64,000 nt of DNA, taken from contig OX638351.1 in the NCBI GenBank assembly GCA_951813565.1, positions 4,736,001-4,800,000 on the forward strand, given 5' to 3'. Position 1 is the stretch's first letter; each line of letters begins with the position of its first letter. Of this stretch, positions 18,438 to 29,243 are shown piece by piece. The position numbers and the translations under genes were made by a program. The notes beneath the pieces were generated by a model, which saw only the letters and a program-made list of their open reading frames with translations, ran no database searches and had not been told where the DNA came from. The DNA comes from an uncultured Poribacteria bacterium (GTDB lineage Bacteria > Poribacteria > WGA-4E > WGA-3G).

Positions 18438-20288
18438 ATGTTTTGGGAAAAGATTGAATCGCAATTTAAAGTCGCCGCTGCACACCAATTTTTACTACAC
18501 TTTAATGTTAATGATTTACTACACGACGAACTCTATGGCTATTTACCGGCCTTGGACTACCTGATGGAACAACTAAACGCACTCGGGTGCCGTCTGGTTA
18601 TGGGGTACAACGCAACACGAGGAATTATGTGGGCCAATGCAGGCAAATGGTTGGAAACGCAGAAAATTTTAGGGCTTATTCCTAAAGATCAAGGACTTCC
18701 AGAATACACAGAGGTGCGAAAAAGGATTAATACCCAACTCTCTTACCATAAGCTTCATGAAGACCCATTTCTTAAGATTGATCCATTACCTACAAAAGAT
18801 CTGGCAAATAAGTTACATAATCTGCTGAATCAAGACAGAGCCAGAGTGGGCTTGATTATCAGTAATCTTGAACAGATCGCCCCAAACGATCCTATGTTTG
18901 ACACAGGGGCAAAAGACAACCTACAATTCTTCTTCCATCAACTCCAAAATTGGGCATCAGACTTGGAAATTCGTAGAAAAAAACATATTATCTTACTTCT
19001 CACACAAAATACTTACGATATTCATCCGCATTTTCTTGTGAATCAAGAAATACCTATTGTGGAGGTGCCGTTTCCAGATTATGATGAGCGTTTGAAGTTT
19101 ATTGAACATTTAAGCACAATCCCGCAAGAAATTTTACAAGATGATTCTCCAGATGCAAGAGTGCAAGTGCAATTAAAGCTTGGTAATGACCGCGAAAAGC
19201 AGACCTTAGCAAGAGACACAGCTGGCTTAAATCTATTTGCTATTCACGATTTGGTGCGGCACGCAGCCTCTTTAAAACAGAAAATAGAAGGGCCAATGCT
19301 TGCAAACTATCGGTATGAGAGCGTCAAAACATTTAGCCATGGAATTATTGAAGTAAATCAACCACTTACAAATCCGCAACAGCATTGGTCAAACCATGTA
19401 ACAAGGGTCATCCAAGATATTGTAGGTGGTTTAAAAGAACAGGATATGAGACGAGTGCCACGGGGAGTTCTTTTGCTTGGTCCCACCGGCAATGGAAACA
19501 TCTATGCAGCGCGTATGTTAGCTGGACAGACAAATATGGCATTTGTGCGACTTCGTTATGCGAGTCAGATAAGCGAAGTAACAATAAACATTAATGATAA
19601 CGGTAATAGTTATGATAGAAACTTGAATTCTGCTATCAACTTTATTCGCGGGCTTGCGCCTGTCGTTGTGTTTATGGACGAAATTGAGCAGGCTTCCCCG
19701 CATACAAGCATGAATATAGGAAACTTAGAACGCACCTTTCCTGCTCTTCTTACGAATGCTATTAGCGATGCTTCCTTGCATGGGAAGGTGATATGGGTTG
19801 GCACCTCAAACCGTCCCGATTTGATACCGCCTATTTTCCGCCGTCCTGAGATATTTAGTCATAAATTAGTGCTTCTGCCACCTATGCGGGAGAGCCGAGG
19901 GGGTATTTTGCAGTTTTTCTGCCGACTCCACACACAGGAAAAAATTAATTTCCAAGAAATTGCGAGAGATGAAAAACTACGTGGTGTAAGTGTCAACGAT
20001 CTAAATATAATTGCACAACGTAGCCACAACGTTGCAAAACGCAAGAATCGCAATACTTTCACAGAAGAAGATTTACGCGAGGTGATATCAGATTTTATGC
20101 CGGACTATTCTCCGGAGATGCGATTGTTTATGGTGTTGTTGGCGTTACAGGAGGCGAATTCCCGCGCAATGATACCAGATAGATTGCCGCCGCCATATCA
20201 AGAGTTTGTGAATGAAGATCGGATTGACAAGACAAAGATAAACGCACGTTTGATGGAACTTGGTAAAGAACTGGGATTGACTGCTTGA
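18438..20288 (+). CDS. AAA+ ATPase-like protein with degenerate Walker A
   Basis: GVLLLGPTGNGN, VVFMDEIE, GTSNRPD. Confidence 0.8.
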   Translation: MFWEKIESQFKVAAAHQFLLHFNVNDLLHDELYGYLPALDYLMEQLNALGCRLVMGYNATRGIMWANAGKWLETQKILGLIPKDQGLPEYTEVRKRINTQLSYHKLHEDPFLKIDPLPTKDLANKLHNLLNQDRARVGLIISNLEQIAPNDPMFDTGAKDNLQFFFHQLQNWASDLEIRRKKHIILLLTQNTYDIHPHFLVNQEIPIVEVPFPDYDERLKFIEHLSTIPQEILQDDSPDARVQVQLKLGNDREKQTLARDTAGLNLFAIHDLVRHAASLKQKIEGPMLANYRYESVKTFSHGIIEVNQPLTNPQQHWSNHVTRVIQDIVGGLKEQDMRRVPRGVLLLGPTGNGNIYAARMLAGQTNMAFVRLRYASQISEVTININDNGNSYDRNLNSAINFIRGLAPVVVFMDEIEQASPHTSMNIGNLERTFPALLTNAISDASLHGKVIWVGTSNRPDLIPPIFRRPEIFSHKLVLLPPMRESRGGILQFFCRLHTQEKINFQEIARDEKLRGVSVNDLNIIAQRSHNVAKRKNRNTFTEEDLREVISDFMPDYSPEMRLFMVLLALQEANSRAMIPDRLPPPYQEFVNEDRIDKTKINARLMELGKELGLTA

Positions 20289-20329
20289 AATTTAAGTAGG
20301 GTTCTGGAGAATTTAGTTCTGTTATAAAC

Positions 20330-20364
20330 ATAACGCTCCTGTTGTAAATCAACAGGAGCGTTAT
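20330..20364. terminator. Bidirectional terminator-like hairpin between convergent genes
   Basis: ataacgctcctgttg-taaat-caacaggagcgttat perfect 15-bp stem. Confidence 0.75.
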
Positions 20365-20440
20365 TCCACTTGCTTGAATAGCCCTTATTTAGTCAGATGA
20401 CTAAATTTTGTATAAATCGTAAGGCATATTCCTCACAGTG

Positions 20441-20746
20441 TTATTCTTCTTCGTAGCGGTTTTGATAGCGCTGTCCACCGCCGCCACCACCACCGGAACG
20501 TCGTTCACGTGGACGGGCGGGATTGACTTTCAACGGGCGTCCCTGGATCTCTTGACCATCAAGAGCTTCAATTGCTCGTTCACCATCTTCTTGATTTTCC
20601 ATTTCAACGAATCCATAACCTTTGGAGCGGCCATCATAACGGTCGCGTATAATTGTTACCGAACTAAGTGGTCCATGCGGTTCAAATAGTTCTTCCAAGT
20701 CAGTTTCTGTCGCTGCATAGGGCACATTGCCAACGTAGATGTTCAT
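20441..20746 (-). CDS. RRM-domain RNA-binding protein with Gly-rich tail
   Basis: IYVGN (RNP2), KGYGFVEM (RNP1). Confidence 0.95.
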   Translation of the reverse strand: MNIYVGNVPYAATETDLEELFEPHGPLSSVTIIRDRYDGRSKGYGFVEMENQEDGERAIEALDGQEIQGRPLKVNPARPRERRSGGGGGGGQRYQNRYEEE

Positions 20747-21041
20747 CTCGTTTCTCCTTTTGAAATTGAAATAAACGGGAATGTGAGAAAACTGAGTACT
20801 GTCAGCATGTTGTTCTATAGGCAGGCATTTGGCAGTGCTAAGATTGGCAAAAATGAACTCGGATTCTCATCAATCTTCTTCGGAAGCCGCTTCACAATCT
20901 AACTGAATGCTCCTGGTTCCAAACTGTAAAACTGTCAAAATACTACACATAATCTGGTTCGCAGACACCATCACATTTCCCAAACGTTAATATGATACTA
21001 CAAATTATTAAATTTGTCAAATTTGATTTTACTATTTCTAA

Positions 21042-23867
21042 TTATTTCGCGTCCATCCAATTATCCCCGATACCTGTTTCCGTGCGAAGTGGCACACGCA
21101 GTGTCAATGCGTTTTCCATTTCTTCTGATACAATTGCAGCTTGTGCTTCTGCCAATTCATTCGGTACTTCAAGAATAAGTTCATCATGGATTTGCAATAA
21201 CATCTTCAAAGGCAACTGATCTTTGTCAATTCTGTGTTGGACTTTGACCATAGCGGCTTTTATCAAATCTGCTGCAGTGCCTTGAATAACAGTGTTAATA
21301 GCTAACCGTTCCCCCAAACTTTGCCTGCTCTGGGAATGTTCAAAGATTTCAGGGATAGCACGGCGCCGACCCGTTAATGTAGCGACATAACCTTGCTCTA
21401 ATGCTTGTTGAACGCAGTTTTGGAAAAACACGTTGATACCCGGAAACCGTTCTTTGTAATTTGTAATCAATTCCCTCGCTTCATCTATATTCATCCCCTG
21501 AATTCTGCGTGCTAATCCTGAGGGTGAAACACCGTAGATGATACCAAAATTGACGATCTTTGCTTTGTCTCTGAGTTCGCGGGATACGTCTTCTGGCGGC
21601 ACCTTAAATACTTCTGATGCAACCGATGTATGAATATCTAAATCTTGTGTGAATATCTCCGTCAGTTTCGGATCTTCACTGAAATGTGCTAATACACGAA
21701 GTTCAATCTGCGAATAATCTGCACAGATTAACTTATGCCCATCCGGTGCTATAAATGCGCGTCGCAACTGACGTCCGATTTCTGATCGGACGGGAATATT
21801 CTGTAGATTTGGACTGTCAGATTTTAATCTGCCGGTGGCTGTCGTCAATTGATAGAGGTGTGTGTGTATCCGTTTTGTCTGTTCATCAACTGAATGGCGC
21901 AGCTGCCCAAGATAGGTGCTTTGTAGATTACGGCATTGACGATATTCAATAATTAGACGCGGTACACACGTTTTCGGATTATTTATGTCCTCTTGTGCAG
22001 CAAGTGCTTCAAGAACATTTACATCGGTTGAATTTTTCCCAGTTTTGGTGCGTCTGACGGGTTTGAAACCGATGTCATCAAACAATATTTCTGCCAACCT
22101 GCTTGGTGAATCTATATTAAAGGAATAACCGACTAACTCGTGTATCTCTTTTTCGCGTTCATTCACGAGTTTTTCCACCACGCTGGTCTGCCTTTTCAAT
22201 TCCTCAGTATCACATACGATACCGTTAAACTCCATCAAGGCAAGCACTGGACCCAGCGGGGATTCTATTTCTCTAACCAATTCATCGGTTTCGGTTTCCT
22301 CAAGTTTCGGTTTGAAATAGTGGTAGAGTTGAAGGACAATATCAGTATCCTCTGAAGCGTATTTTGTTACCACCTCAAAGGGAATTTTATCTATTGATGT
22401 GGAATCTTCATCACCAATCAAGTCTGAAATCGGAATCATCTTATGGTTTAAGTGCAGTAGTGCGAGATTATCCAGATTATGTGAGGGTTGCCTTGGATCT
22501 ACAAGTTGGCTTGCCAACATTGTATCAAAAACAACGCCGTTCAGTTGAACACCGTGCCGAATAAAGATACTTGCATCAAATTTCAGGTTGTGCCCACATT
22601 TTGGCAATTCCGGGTTTTCCAAAATCGGTTTGAGTTTGGAAATGACCGTTTCCTGATCCAAATGTTTTTCAGGATTAGATGAGCGGATAGGCACATAGAC
22701 CCCTTGCTTCGGTTCCCATGAAAAACTTATACCGCACAAGGCAGAATTACGATACAAGCCATCTGTTTCTGTATCTACAGCGATAATCGGTTGTGTTTCA
22801 AGCGTTTCAACAAGGGATGCCAATTGCGCTTCCGTAGTAATAGCAGTGTAGTCGCCAGATTCTGCAGTTGTGTAATTTCCTTCTTCCAAGATGGCTTCTT
22901 TTTCCTGCTCCATCGCCTCCAATCGTTCTTTTCTGGTGGTTTGAACATCAGTTTTGACTTGATCGGATGTCGTGTTTCCTGCAGCAAGATCAGCGACAGG
23001 TTTTTGATAACGTTTGAGTTCCAGTTGTTCAAACAAAGGATTGATTATGCTGAGATCGGGCGGTTTGATGCGTGCTTGTTCCAGCGAGAAATCCAGTTCT
23101 GCATCACGCTTAAGTGTTACGAGTTGTTGGGAAAGTGAAATATATTCTTGTGCTTTCTCTAAATTCTCACGCCGCTTGCCCTTAATCTGGTCTATATTCG
23201 CGTAGATATTCTCAAGTGAACCAAACTCTTGGATCAACTTAGCAGCAGTTTTCAAACCGATTCCTTCAACCCCGGGCACATTGTCGGATGTGTCTCCCAT
23301 TAAGGCGAGCGTATCAATAACCTGATCAGGCGTAATTCCTTTATCTTCCATAAGCGACGCAACATCAATTGTTTTTTCCTTGCGGATGTCAAACATTGTA
23401 ACTCGGTCGCAGAGCAATTGCTCAAGGTCTTTGTCTTTAGAGATAATGCGGACATGGACATCTTGTGTATCAGGTGAATCCAATATGAGTTGTACAACAG
23501 AGGCAATAATATCGTCTGCTTCAAGTTCCGGTTTACCCATCACAGGAATTTGAAAAGTTTCAAGTATCTGTTGAATGCGGGGGATCTGTGTAACAAGGTC
23601 GTCTGGTGGCGTCCTACGATGCCCTTTGTATTCCTCGTACATTTCGTTTCGGAAGGTGTCGCCAGGCATATCAATAGCAGCGACAACATATTGGGCTTTG
23701 TAATCGGATAATAGCTTGATAAGCGTCCCAACAAAGCCGAATATAGCATTGGTAGGTTCGCCTGTAACAGAACTCACCAATCTGGTTTGAATAGCATAAT
23801 AGGATCGAAAAATCTCAGCAAGTGTATCAATAATATAGAGCGTTTTTGGATTCTCGTTTGGTGTCAT
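21042..23867 (-). CDS. polA: DNA polymerase I
   Basis: 5'-3' exonuclease (EADD, GDTSDN), 3'-5' exonuclease (DTET), PNLQNIP, DYSQIELR, QIHDEL. Confidence 0.97.
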   Translation of the reverse strand: MTPNENPKTLYIIDTLAEIFRSYYAIQTRLVSSVTGEPTNAIFGFVGTLIKLLSDYKAQYVVAAIDMPGDTFRNEMYEEYKGHRRTPPDDLVTQIPRIQQILETFQIPVMGKPELEADDIIASVVQLILDSPDTQDVHVRIISKDKDLEQLLCDRVTMFDIRKEKTIDVASLMEDKGITPDQVIDTLALMGDTSDNVPGVEGIGLKTAAKLIQEFGSLENIYANIDQIKGKRRENLEKAQEYISLSQQLVTLKRDAELDFSLEQARIKPPDLSIINPLFEQLELKRYQKPVADLAAGNTTSDQVKTDVQTTRKERLEAMEQEKEAILEEGNYTTAESGDYTAITTEAQLASLVETLETQPIIAVDTETDGLYRNSALCGISFSWEPKQGVYVPIRSSNPEKHLDQETVISKLKPILENPELPKCGHNLKFDASIFIRHGVQLNGVVFDTMLASQLVDPRQPSHNLDNLALLHLNHKMIPISDLIGDEDSTSIDKIPFEVVTKYASEDTDIVLQLYHYFKPKLEETETDELVREIESPLGPVLALMEFNGIVCDTEELKRQTSVVEKLVNEREKEIHELVGYSFNIDSPSRLAEILFDDIGFKPVRRTKTGKNSTDVNVLEALAAQEDINNPKTCVPRLIIEYRQCRNLQSTYLGQLRHSVDEQTKRIHTHLYQLTTATGRLKSDSPNLQNIPVRSEIGRQLRRAFIAPDGHKLICADYSQIELRVLAHFSEDPKLTEIFTQDLDIHTSVASEVFKVPPEDVSRELRDKAKIVNFGIIYGVSPSGLARRIQGMNIDEARELITNYKERFPGINVFFQNCVQQALEQGYVATLTGRRRAIPEIFEHSQSRQSLGERLAINTVIQGTAADLIKAAMVKVQHRIDKDQLPLKMLLQIHDELILEVPNELAEAQAAIVSEEMENALTLRVPLRTETGIGDNWMDAK

Positions 23868-23956
23868 AAAATGTTTCCTTATGATTTATAGCAAAATTAA
23901 AACAAGTGGACTTCTACACTATAAATTAAAACGAAAAAACTTGTATTCTATTTCAT

Positions 23957-24457
23957 TATAGTGGATTTTACAATTAACTGGACATTGTCACTTGGCACGG
24001 ACAAAGTGTTCTACAGTTTTATGGTGAAACCCATAATTATTTTTATACTTTGGTTCATGTGTGAACTTCAAACACACCATGAATGTCCGAGGCGACAAGT
24101 CATGGTGAATACCATACGCGTATTCGCCCAAGTGCGCTTGGCGTTGATTTGGCAATGAATTGCGCTTGGTGAATGCGCCAAATCAAGAAATCAACGGTAT
24201 GAATCATGGCGAATCATGTAGAATACCAAAAGCGTATTCTACCAAGCGCATTCGTCTTTATACCAAATTACCCTAAATCGTAGGGGCGGGTCTCTGTGCC
24301 CGCCCTTACCATCGGCAGTGAAAACAATACAATTCTCGTTAATTTGGTATTAGTCATTCAGCGGGTATGAATGCCTTATGGCATTCCCCGTATGGCATTC
24401 ACATTAAACGCAGCAAACCTATAAAGAACTGTCCAAGTAATTTTAGATTTCACTATA
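23957..24457. mobile_element. Composite family-A MITE with nested elements
   Basis: Both ends match 56725-56955; interior carries micro-hairpin arrays and a family-B MITE. Confidence 0.8.
24261..24349. mobile_element. 89-bp family-B MITE with TTA duplication
   Basis: Appears identical to 51988-52076; interrupts cattcgtcttta|gtcattca, which is intact near 52277-52295. Confidence 0.9.
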
Positions 24458-24462
24458 ATCAA

Positions 24463-24582
24463 TAGAGCCATTCAGTTTTAGATTTTTCTTAACATTTTAG
24501 CATGGTCGCGAGCTGGAGCTCGTTCCTACAGGAAGAGGTTTTCGGTAGAAGAAAGAAATTACTGGAGAATTGAATGGCTCTG
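24463..24582. mobile_element. Family-E-like MITE
   Basis: TIR agagccattca / tgaatggctct; internal REP. Confidence 0.6.
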
Positions 24583-24587
24583 ATGAG

Positions 24588-25661
24588 TCAAGATTTTGGA
24601 TAATGCCATTTTCGTAGAGAATCAGATGCAGACAATCCTGCTTCTTGACCGAGGGCGAAGGCAGTCGCAATCAGGTTTCGCTCCCCAGAGATAATGTCTC
24701 CTGCAGCAAAAAGACCGGGAATCGGTTCACCGTTACTGTCTAACATCTGCATGTCCTCGTTGGCAATAATCAAACCCTCTTCATCTTTTTGGTAGTCCCA
24801 TCCATCCAAAAACTTAGTATTGGGAATTAAGCCTTCATCGACGAGGAAACCGTGAAAATATAACTCACTCCCATCAATCATCTCAAAACCGAGGAGATCA
24901 GTTTTTTCACCGATATGCCGCTTTATCTTTGTTTCAATAATATGGATGTTTCGCTCTTTAATCTGTTTGAGAATCGGAGGTGACATCCCGTGAGGTCGTC
25001 CATTTGTGAGGATAGTGATTTTATCAGTAAAATCTTGTGCCCCTATCGCTGCTTCATAGATATAGTCACCCACGCCGAGGAGGGCAAGATGTTCATTCAC
25101 GTGCAAATGTCCATCGCAGCGGATGCAGACGTGCCAACCTTTCTTATTGCCAGCATAGCGAAACACGGTGGCGTACTGTTTATATAACCGTTCAGCATCG
25201 GGTTGAAACTCAATGTCGGGCCACTTATCGTCAAACCCCGAAGCAATAACGACGGTGCGAGATTTGAAATGTTCTATCTGCAGCGGGGAATCTTTCTTAA
25301 GAGTTGCTGTTGATGCCTCCAGTTCAAAAATACCTTTGTTTCGTGTTAGGCGGGTGAGGAGACCGTCCTTGATTTCAATGCCTGTTTTTCGGTGTTCTTC
25401 ACCGAGCATGAACTGGACGACAGGGCGACTTTCCATCCACTTCATGAGTTCTTTGGCAAAGTGCGGTCCAATAATGCCGGGAAAAACCGGGGCATCCTCA
25501 ATTTCAACCGACTTTGACCAATATGCTCTACCACGACTGAAACTTACCTTGCCGGAATGTAGCACCAACACATGCCGCATCTGGTGGCTTGCGGAAACCG
25601 CTGCTTGTGTGCCGGCAGGTCCGGCACCGATTACTGCCACATCGTAAATTGTTTCTACCAT
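24588..25661 (-). CDS. Thioredoxin-reductase-like FAD/NAD(P) oxidoreductase
   Basis: IGAGPAG, CIRCDG, PGLFAAGD. Confidence 0.85.
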   Translation of the reverse strand: MVETIYDVAVIGAGPAGTQAAVSASHQMRHVLVLHSGKVSFSRGRAYWSKSVEIEDAPVFPGIIGPHFAKELMKWMESRPVVQFMLGEEHRKTGIEIKDGLLTRLTRNKGIFELEASTATLKKDSPLQIEHFKSRTVVIASGFDDKWPDIEFQPDAERLYKQYATVFRYAGNKKGWHVCIRCDGHLHVNEHLALLGVGDYIYEAAIGAQDFTDKITILTNGRPHGMSPPILKQIKERNIHIIETKIKRHIGEKTDLLGFEMIDGSELYFHGFLVDEGLIPNTKFLDGWDYQKDEEGLIIANEDMQMLDSNGEPIPGLFAAGDIISGERNLIATAFALGQEAGLSASDSLRKWHYPKS

Positions 25662-25730
25662 TTTTTGTTTCCCCTGAAACATTGCGTGTCAAAAATATGA
25701 ATTGTCCAACTATAAAAACTACAATTTTGT

Positions 25731-27176
25731 TTACAATCCGTATTTTTTCCACCGTTCATTGACGAGTTCAATAATTTCGTCAGACATCTGAATTTCTGGG
25801 GGCCATTCTCGGTGGTAACCTTCTTCTTCCCATTTCGTTGTGGCATCAATACCCATTTTTGATCCAGCACCGATAAGGGGTGCAGCGTGGTCAAGCACAT
25901 CAACGGGACCCTCAACGATAGTAACATCACGTTTCGGGTCAACATTGCTTCCGACATAAAAAAGGACTTCCTCTACATTTTGAACATCAACGTCTTTGTC
26001 AACGACAATAATAATTTTGCTGAACATCAGTTGCCCAAGTCCCCAAAAACTGTGCATAATCTTTTTAGCTTGGAAAGGATAACGTTTGTCTATTGAAATC
26101 AGGGCGAAGTTGTGAAATACACCAAATAGAGGCAGGTTCATATCAACAAGTTCAGGAAGTTGCGTTTTAATCAACGGCATAAAGATACGTTCGGTAGCCT
26201 TGCCCATATAGCAATCTTCCATCGGCGGTTTGCCGACAATGATGGTTTGGTAGATCGGGTCTTTGCGGTGGGTAATAGCAGAGATACGGAAAACAGGATA
26301 TTCCTCGGGCATGGAATAAAAGCCTGTATGGTCCCCAAACGGCCCTTCAATACAGGTTTCATCCGGTTCAATGAAACCTTCAATGATAATATCTGCATCG
26401 GCAGGCACCATCATATCAATCGTTTTTGCTGCCACCATCTCAACATTGGATTTTCGGAGGAATCCGGCAAACAGCAATTCATCAATCCCTGATGGAAGTG
26501 GTGCTGTGCCGATATAAGACATAATAGGGTCTCCGCCAATAGCAATTGCCACGGGCATCTGTTCCCCTGCTTGTTTATATTCCCGATGATGTGCTGCGCC
26601 ATCGTGGTGAATCTGCCAATGCATGGCTAACGCATAAGGATTTAATTTCTGTAACCGATAGGTCCCAACGTTCCGTTGTCCAGTGTGTAAACTGTGCGTA
26701 AACACTTGTGGTAATGTGATATATCTGTCGGCATCCATCGGCCAACATTTTATGAGTGGCAGCCTGTCCAATGAAGCGTCTTCGCCTGTTAGGACAACCT
26801 CTTGCGATGCGCCGCGTTTGACGGTTTTTGGTGGGAAGTTGGTGAGTTGTGATAGGATTCGGAGGATTTTGACTTTATCCAGAAGTGACTCAGGCGGACC
26901 TATTTTTATCATGCCTTCAATTTCGTAGGCAATGCGTGAAAGGTCATCTACACCGAGTGCCATTGCCATTCGCGTATAAGACCCGTAGGTATTGATGAGT
27001 AGTGGCATCTCACTACCTTCGACGTTTTCAAACAGCAGTGCTGGTCCACCTGCTTTGCTAATGCGGTCAGTGATTTCACTTATTTCAAGGTCGGGTGATA
27101 CCTCTGTTTTAATACGTTTAAGTTCGCCTGCTCTATCAAGTGCCTTTACGAAATCTCTGAGACTGGAATATGCCAT
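25731..27176 (-). CDS. UbiD-family decarboxylase (menaquinone-pathway type)
   Basis: GPALLFENV, RNVG.YR, EGPFGDHTGFY, GKPPMED, SKMGIDAT. Confidence 0.9.
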   Translation of the reverse strand: MAYSSLRDFVKALDRAGELKRIKTEVSPDLEISEITDRISKAGGPALLFENVEGSEMPLLINTYGSYTRMAMALGVDDLSRIAYEIEGMIKIGPPESLLDKVKILRILSQLTNFPPKTVKRGASQEVVLTGEDASLDRLPLIKCWPMDADRYITLPQVFTHSLHTGQRNVGTYRLQKLNPYALAMHWQIHHDGAAHHREYKQAGEQMPVAIAIGGDPIMSYIGTAPLPSGIDELLFAGFLRKSNVEMVAAKTIDMMVPADADIIIEGFIEPDETCIEGPFGDHTGFYSMPEEYPVFRISAITHRKDPIYQTIIVGKPPMEDCYMGKATERIFMPLIKTQLPELVDMNLPLFGVFHNFALISIDKRYPFQAKKIMHSFWGLGQLMFSKIIIVVDKDVDVQNVEEVLFYVGSNVDPKRDVTIVEGPVDVLDHAAPLIGAGSKMGIDATTKWEEEGYHREWPPEIQMSDEIIELVNERWKKYGL

Positions 27177-27322
27177 TTTTCAACCTTATGAAAGATATTT
27201 CACGGTCTATTTTATCACAAGGCTGGGTGAAATGCAACGACTTCTAACACCATCGTTGATGAATCGGTAGCTGGCATGGGGTAGTGAAGGAAGTGGAAAA
27301 GCCTTAAATTGCATCTGTAAGG

Positions 27323-29083
27323 TTATCTCTTTAAAATCTGTTTCAACCCTTCTTGATAGTTACGATTATTGGGTTCCAGTGCAATGGCTTTTCGGATAGC
27401 CACCTCGGCTGTGTGATAATCATCTTTCTGAAAGGCAATAAGGGCGAGCGTGTTATGATAACTTGCAACGTTCGGATTTAAGCGAATGGCAGTTTGAGCA
27501 TACGATGCAGCCGTTTTTAATTTTTCTCTACGTTTACTTTGTTTTTCATAAGTACTTGCGATCTTAGCATTGAGTTGAGCAAGGGCGTTATACGCTTTCG
27601 GCAAACCCGATAAAAGATAGGCGGATTCGGCTTTATCAAAACTTTTCTGCTGTGCATGAAGTTCACCTATTAGATAGTACGTTTCGGGCAGAAACAAGGT
27701 TTTTGTAACCTGAGTCGGCCTGGAGACTTGGTAACTTTGTGCTATATCGACTGATTTTTGTAGTGTTGACAACGCATCTTCAGTTTTTTCTTGATGTGCA
27801 TAGCAAACACCCAAATTGTGATATGCTTCTGCATTCTCTGGATTTAGTGTTATAGCTTTTTGATATGCTGAAGCTGCCTCTGCATACCGTTTTTGATTTA
27901 GCAAAATTATGCCGATCTTTAGATGTGCCTCTAAAAACTGAGGATTCAACCTAACAGCCTGTCGGTAATTTTTAAGTGCGAGATCTACTCCGTTTTGCAT
28001 AAGGTATGCTAATCCGAGTCCAGCATAAGCTTCCGCGAAATCAGGTTGCAGTGCCAATGCTTTCTGTTGCGCCTCAATAGCATCTGAATACCTTTTAAGC
28101 ATTGCATAAGCAATTCCGATACCGTTATATGCCTCAATTCCTTGCAGATTGAGCGCGATTGCTTTTTCATATTCTTCAACCGCTTTTTTATACTGCTTAT
28201 TTTTTAGATATAGCCTGCCGATGTTAGCGAGAATTCCGGCTCTTTGGGTTGGTTCAAGTGTGCGTTGCAATGCGCCGCGTAACTCCTGTATCGGTTTAAC
28301 AACGACTTTTTGTTTTTGGAACAGTTGCATCTTTTCGCGCGCAGCCTGTTTATTCCCATTTCGTCTATGGACTTGCGCAAGATTGTAGAGAGCTTCAATC
28401 AGTTCTGGGTCTTCCGAATAAGCGGTTTCATAGGCAGAGATAGCTTCTGTCAATCGATTCTCTTGTGTATAAAGTAAACCTAACTGATAGTGTGCTGATG
28501 CTAAGGTGGGGTCAATCGTGATTGCGTGCTGCTGATGTTTTATTGCTTCCGGGCGTTTTCCACGTTTGTTATAAATGTTCCCTAACCGGTGATGAATCAT
28601 TGCATCGTCAGGTTTTAGGTCATGTGCGGTTTTGTAGGCATTAAGTGCCTCATCGTAACGGTGCAGGCTTGCATACCCTGCACCTAAAGCTGCATGAATA
28701 TGCGCCCACTCTGGCGCGTACTGAATAGCTTGCTGATATGCTTCAATTGCCTCATCAAACTTTTCCAATCCCGTATAAGCCAATCCTAATCCATAGTACG
28801 CTTCAGGGGACGCGGAATCCCGATTAGACATAGTGCTGACCGATGATATTACTTCACGATACTCGGCAACAGCTTGCATATAAGCCTCAACCTGAAGATA
28901 GACCTTCGCTAATTGCAACCGAATATCAACCCGTGTAGCATCTACAGCAAGTTGTTTCTGATAGGAATCAATCTGTGCTTTTAGCGTAGGGATTTCATCA
29001 CTTTGAGACCGAACAGCAAGCAAGAGACAACATACTACGAAAATAAGCGCAATATGTTTCTGGAAGAAACTATACCGTTTCAT
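27323..29083 (-). CDS. Secreted tetratricopeptide-repeat protein
   Basis: Signal peptide and many 34-aa A.Y.LG...A...Y..A...P repeats. Confidence 0.9.
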   Translation of the reverse strand: MKRYSFFQKHIALIFVVCCLLLAVRSQSDEIPTLKAQIDSYQKQLAVDATRVDIRLQLAKVYLQVEAYMQAVAEYREVISSVSTMSNRDSASPEAYYGLGLAYTGLEKFDEAIEAYQQAIQYAPEWAHIHAALGAGYASLHRYDEALNAYKTAHDLKPDDAMIHHRLGNIYNKRGKRPEAIKHQQHAITIDPTLASAHYQLGLLYTQENRLTEAISAYETAYSEDPELIEALYNLAQVHRRNGNKQAAREKMQLFQKQKVVVKPIQELRGALQRTLEPTQRAGILANIGRLYLKNKQYKKAVEEYEKAIALNLQGIEAYNGIGIAYAMLKRYSDAIEAQQKALALQPDFAEAYAGLGLAYLMQNGVDLALKNYRQAVRLNPQFLEAHLKIGIILLNQKRYAEAASAYQKAITLNPENAEAYHNLGVCYAHQEKTEDALSTLQKSVDIAQSYQVSRPTQVTKTLFLPETYYLIGELHAQQKSFDKAESAYLLSGLPKAYNALAQLNAKIASTYEKQSKRREKLKTAASYAQTAIRLNPNVASYHNTLALIAFQKDDYHTAEVAIRKAIALEPNNRNYQEGLKQILKR

Positions 29084-29243
29084 AAGGCTTTCATTTGGAC
29101 AATTTTAGTTAAAAGGGAGGCACTTCCTGATAGCTGAAAACGCCTCCCTTGGAATGAATATTTACAATGGCCGTTTATGGTGAACTTTGAAATTATTGGG
29201 ACACATTTTCTGTTCGAGCGATCTCCGAAGGCAGACTACGTGT

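Noticed and set aside
23957..24457. CRISPR array interpretation of the repeat-rich intergenic regions
   Set aside because: No regularly spaced identical repeats with unique spacers and no cas genes; repeats are nested palindromes
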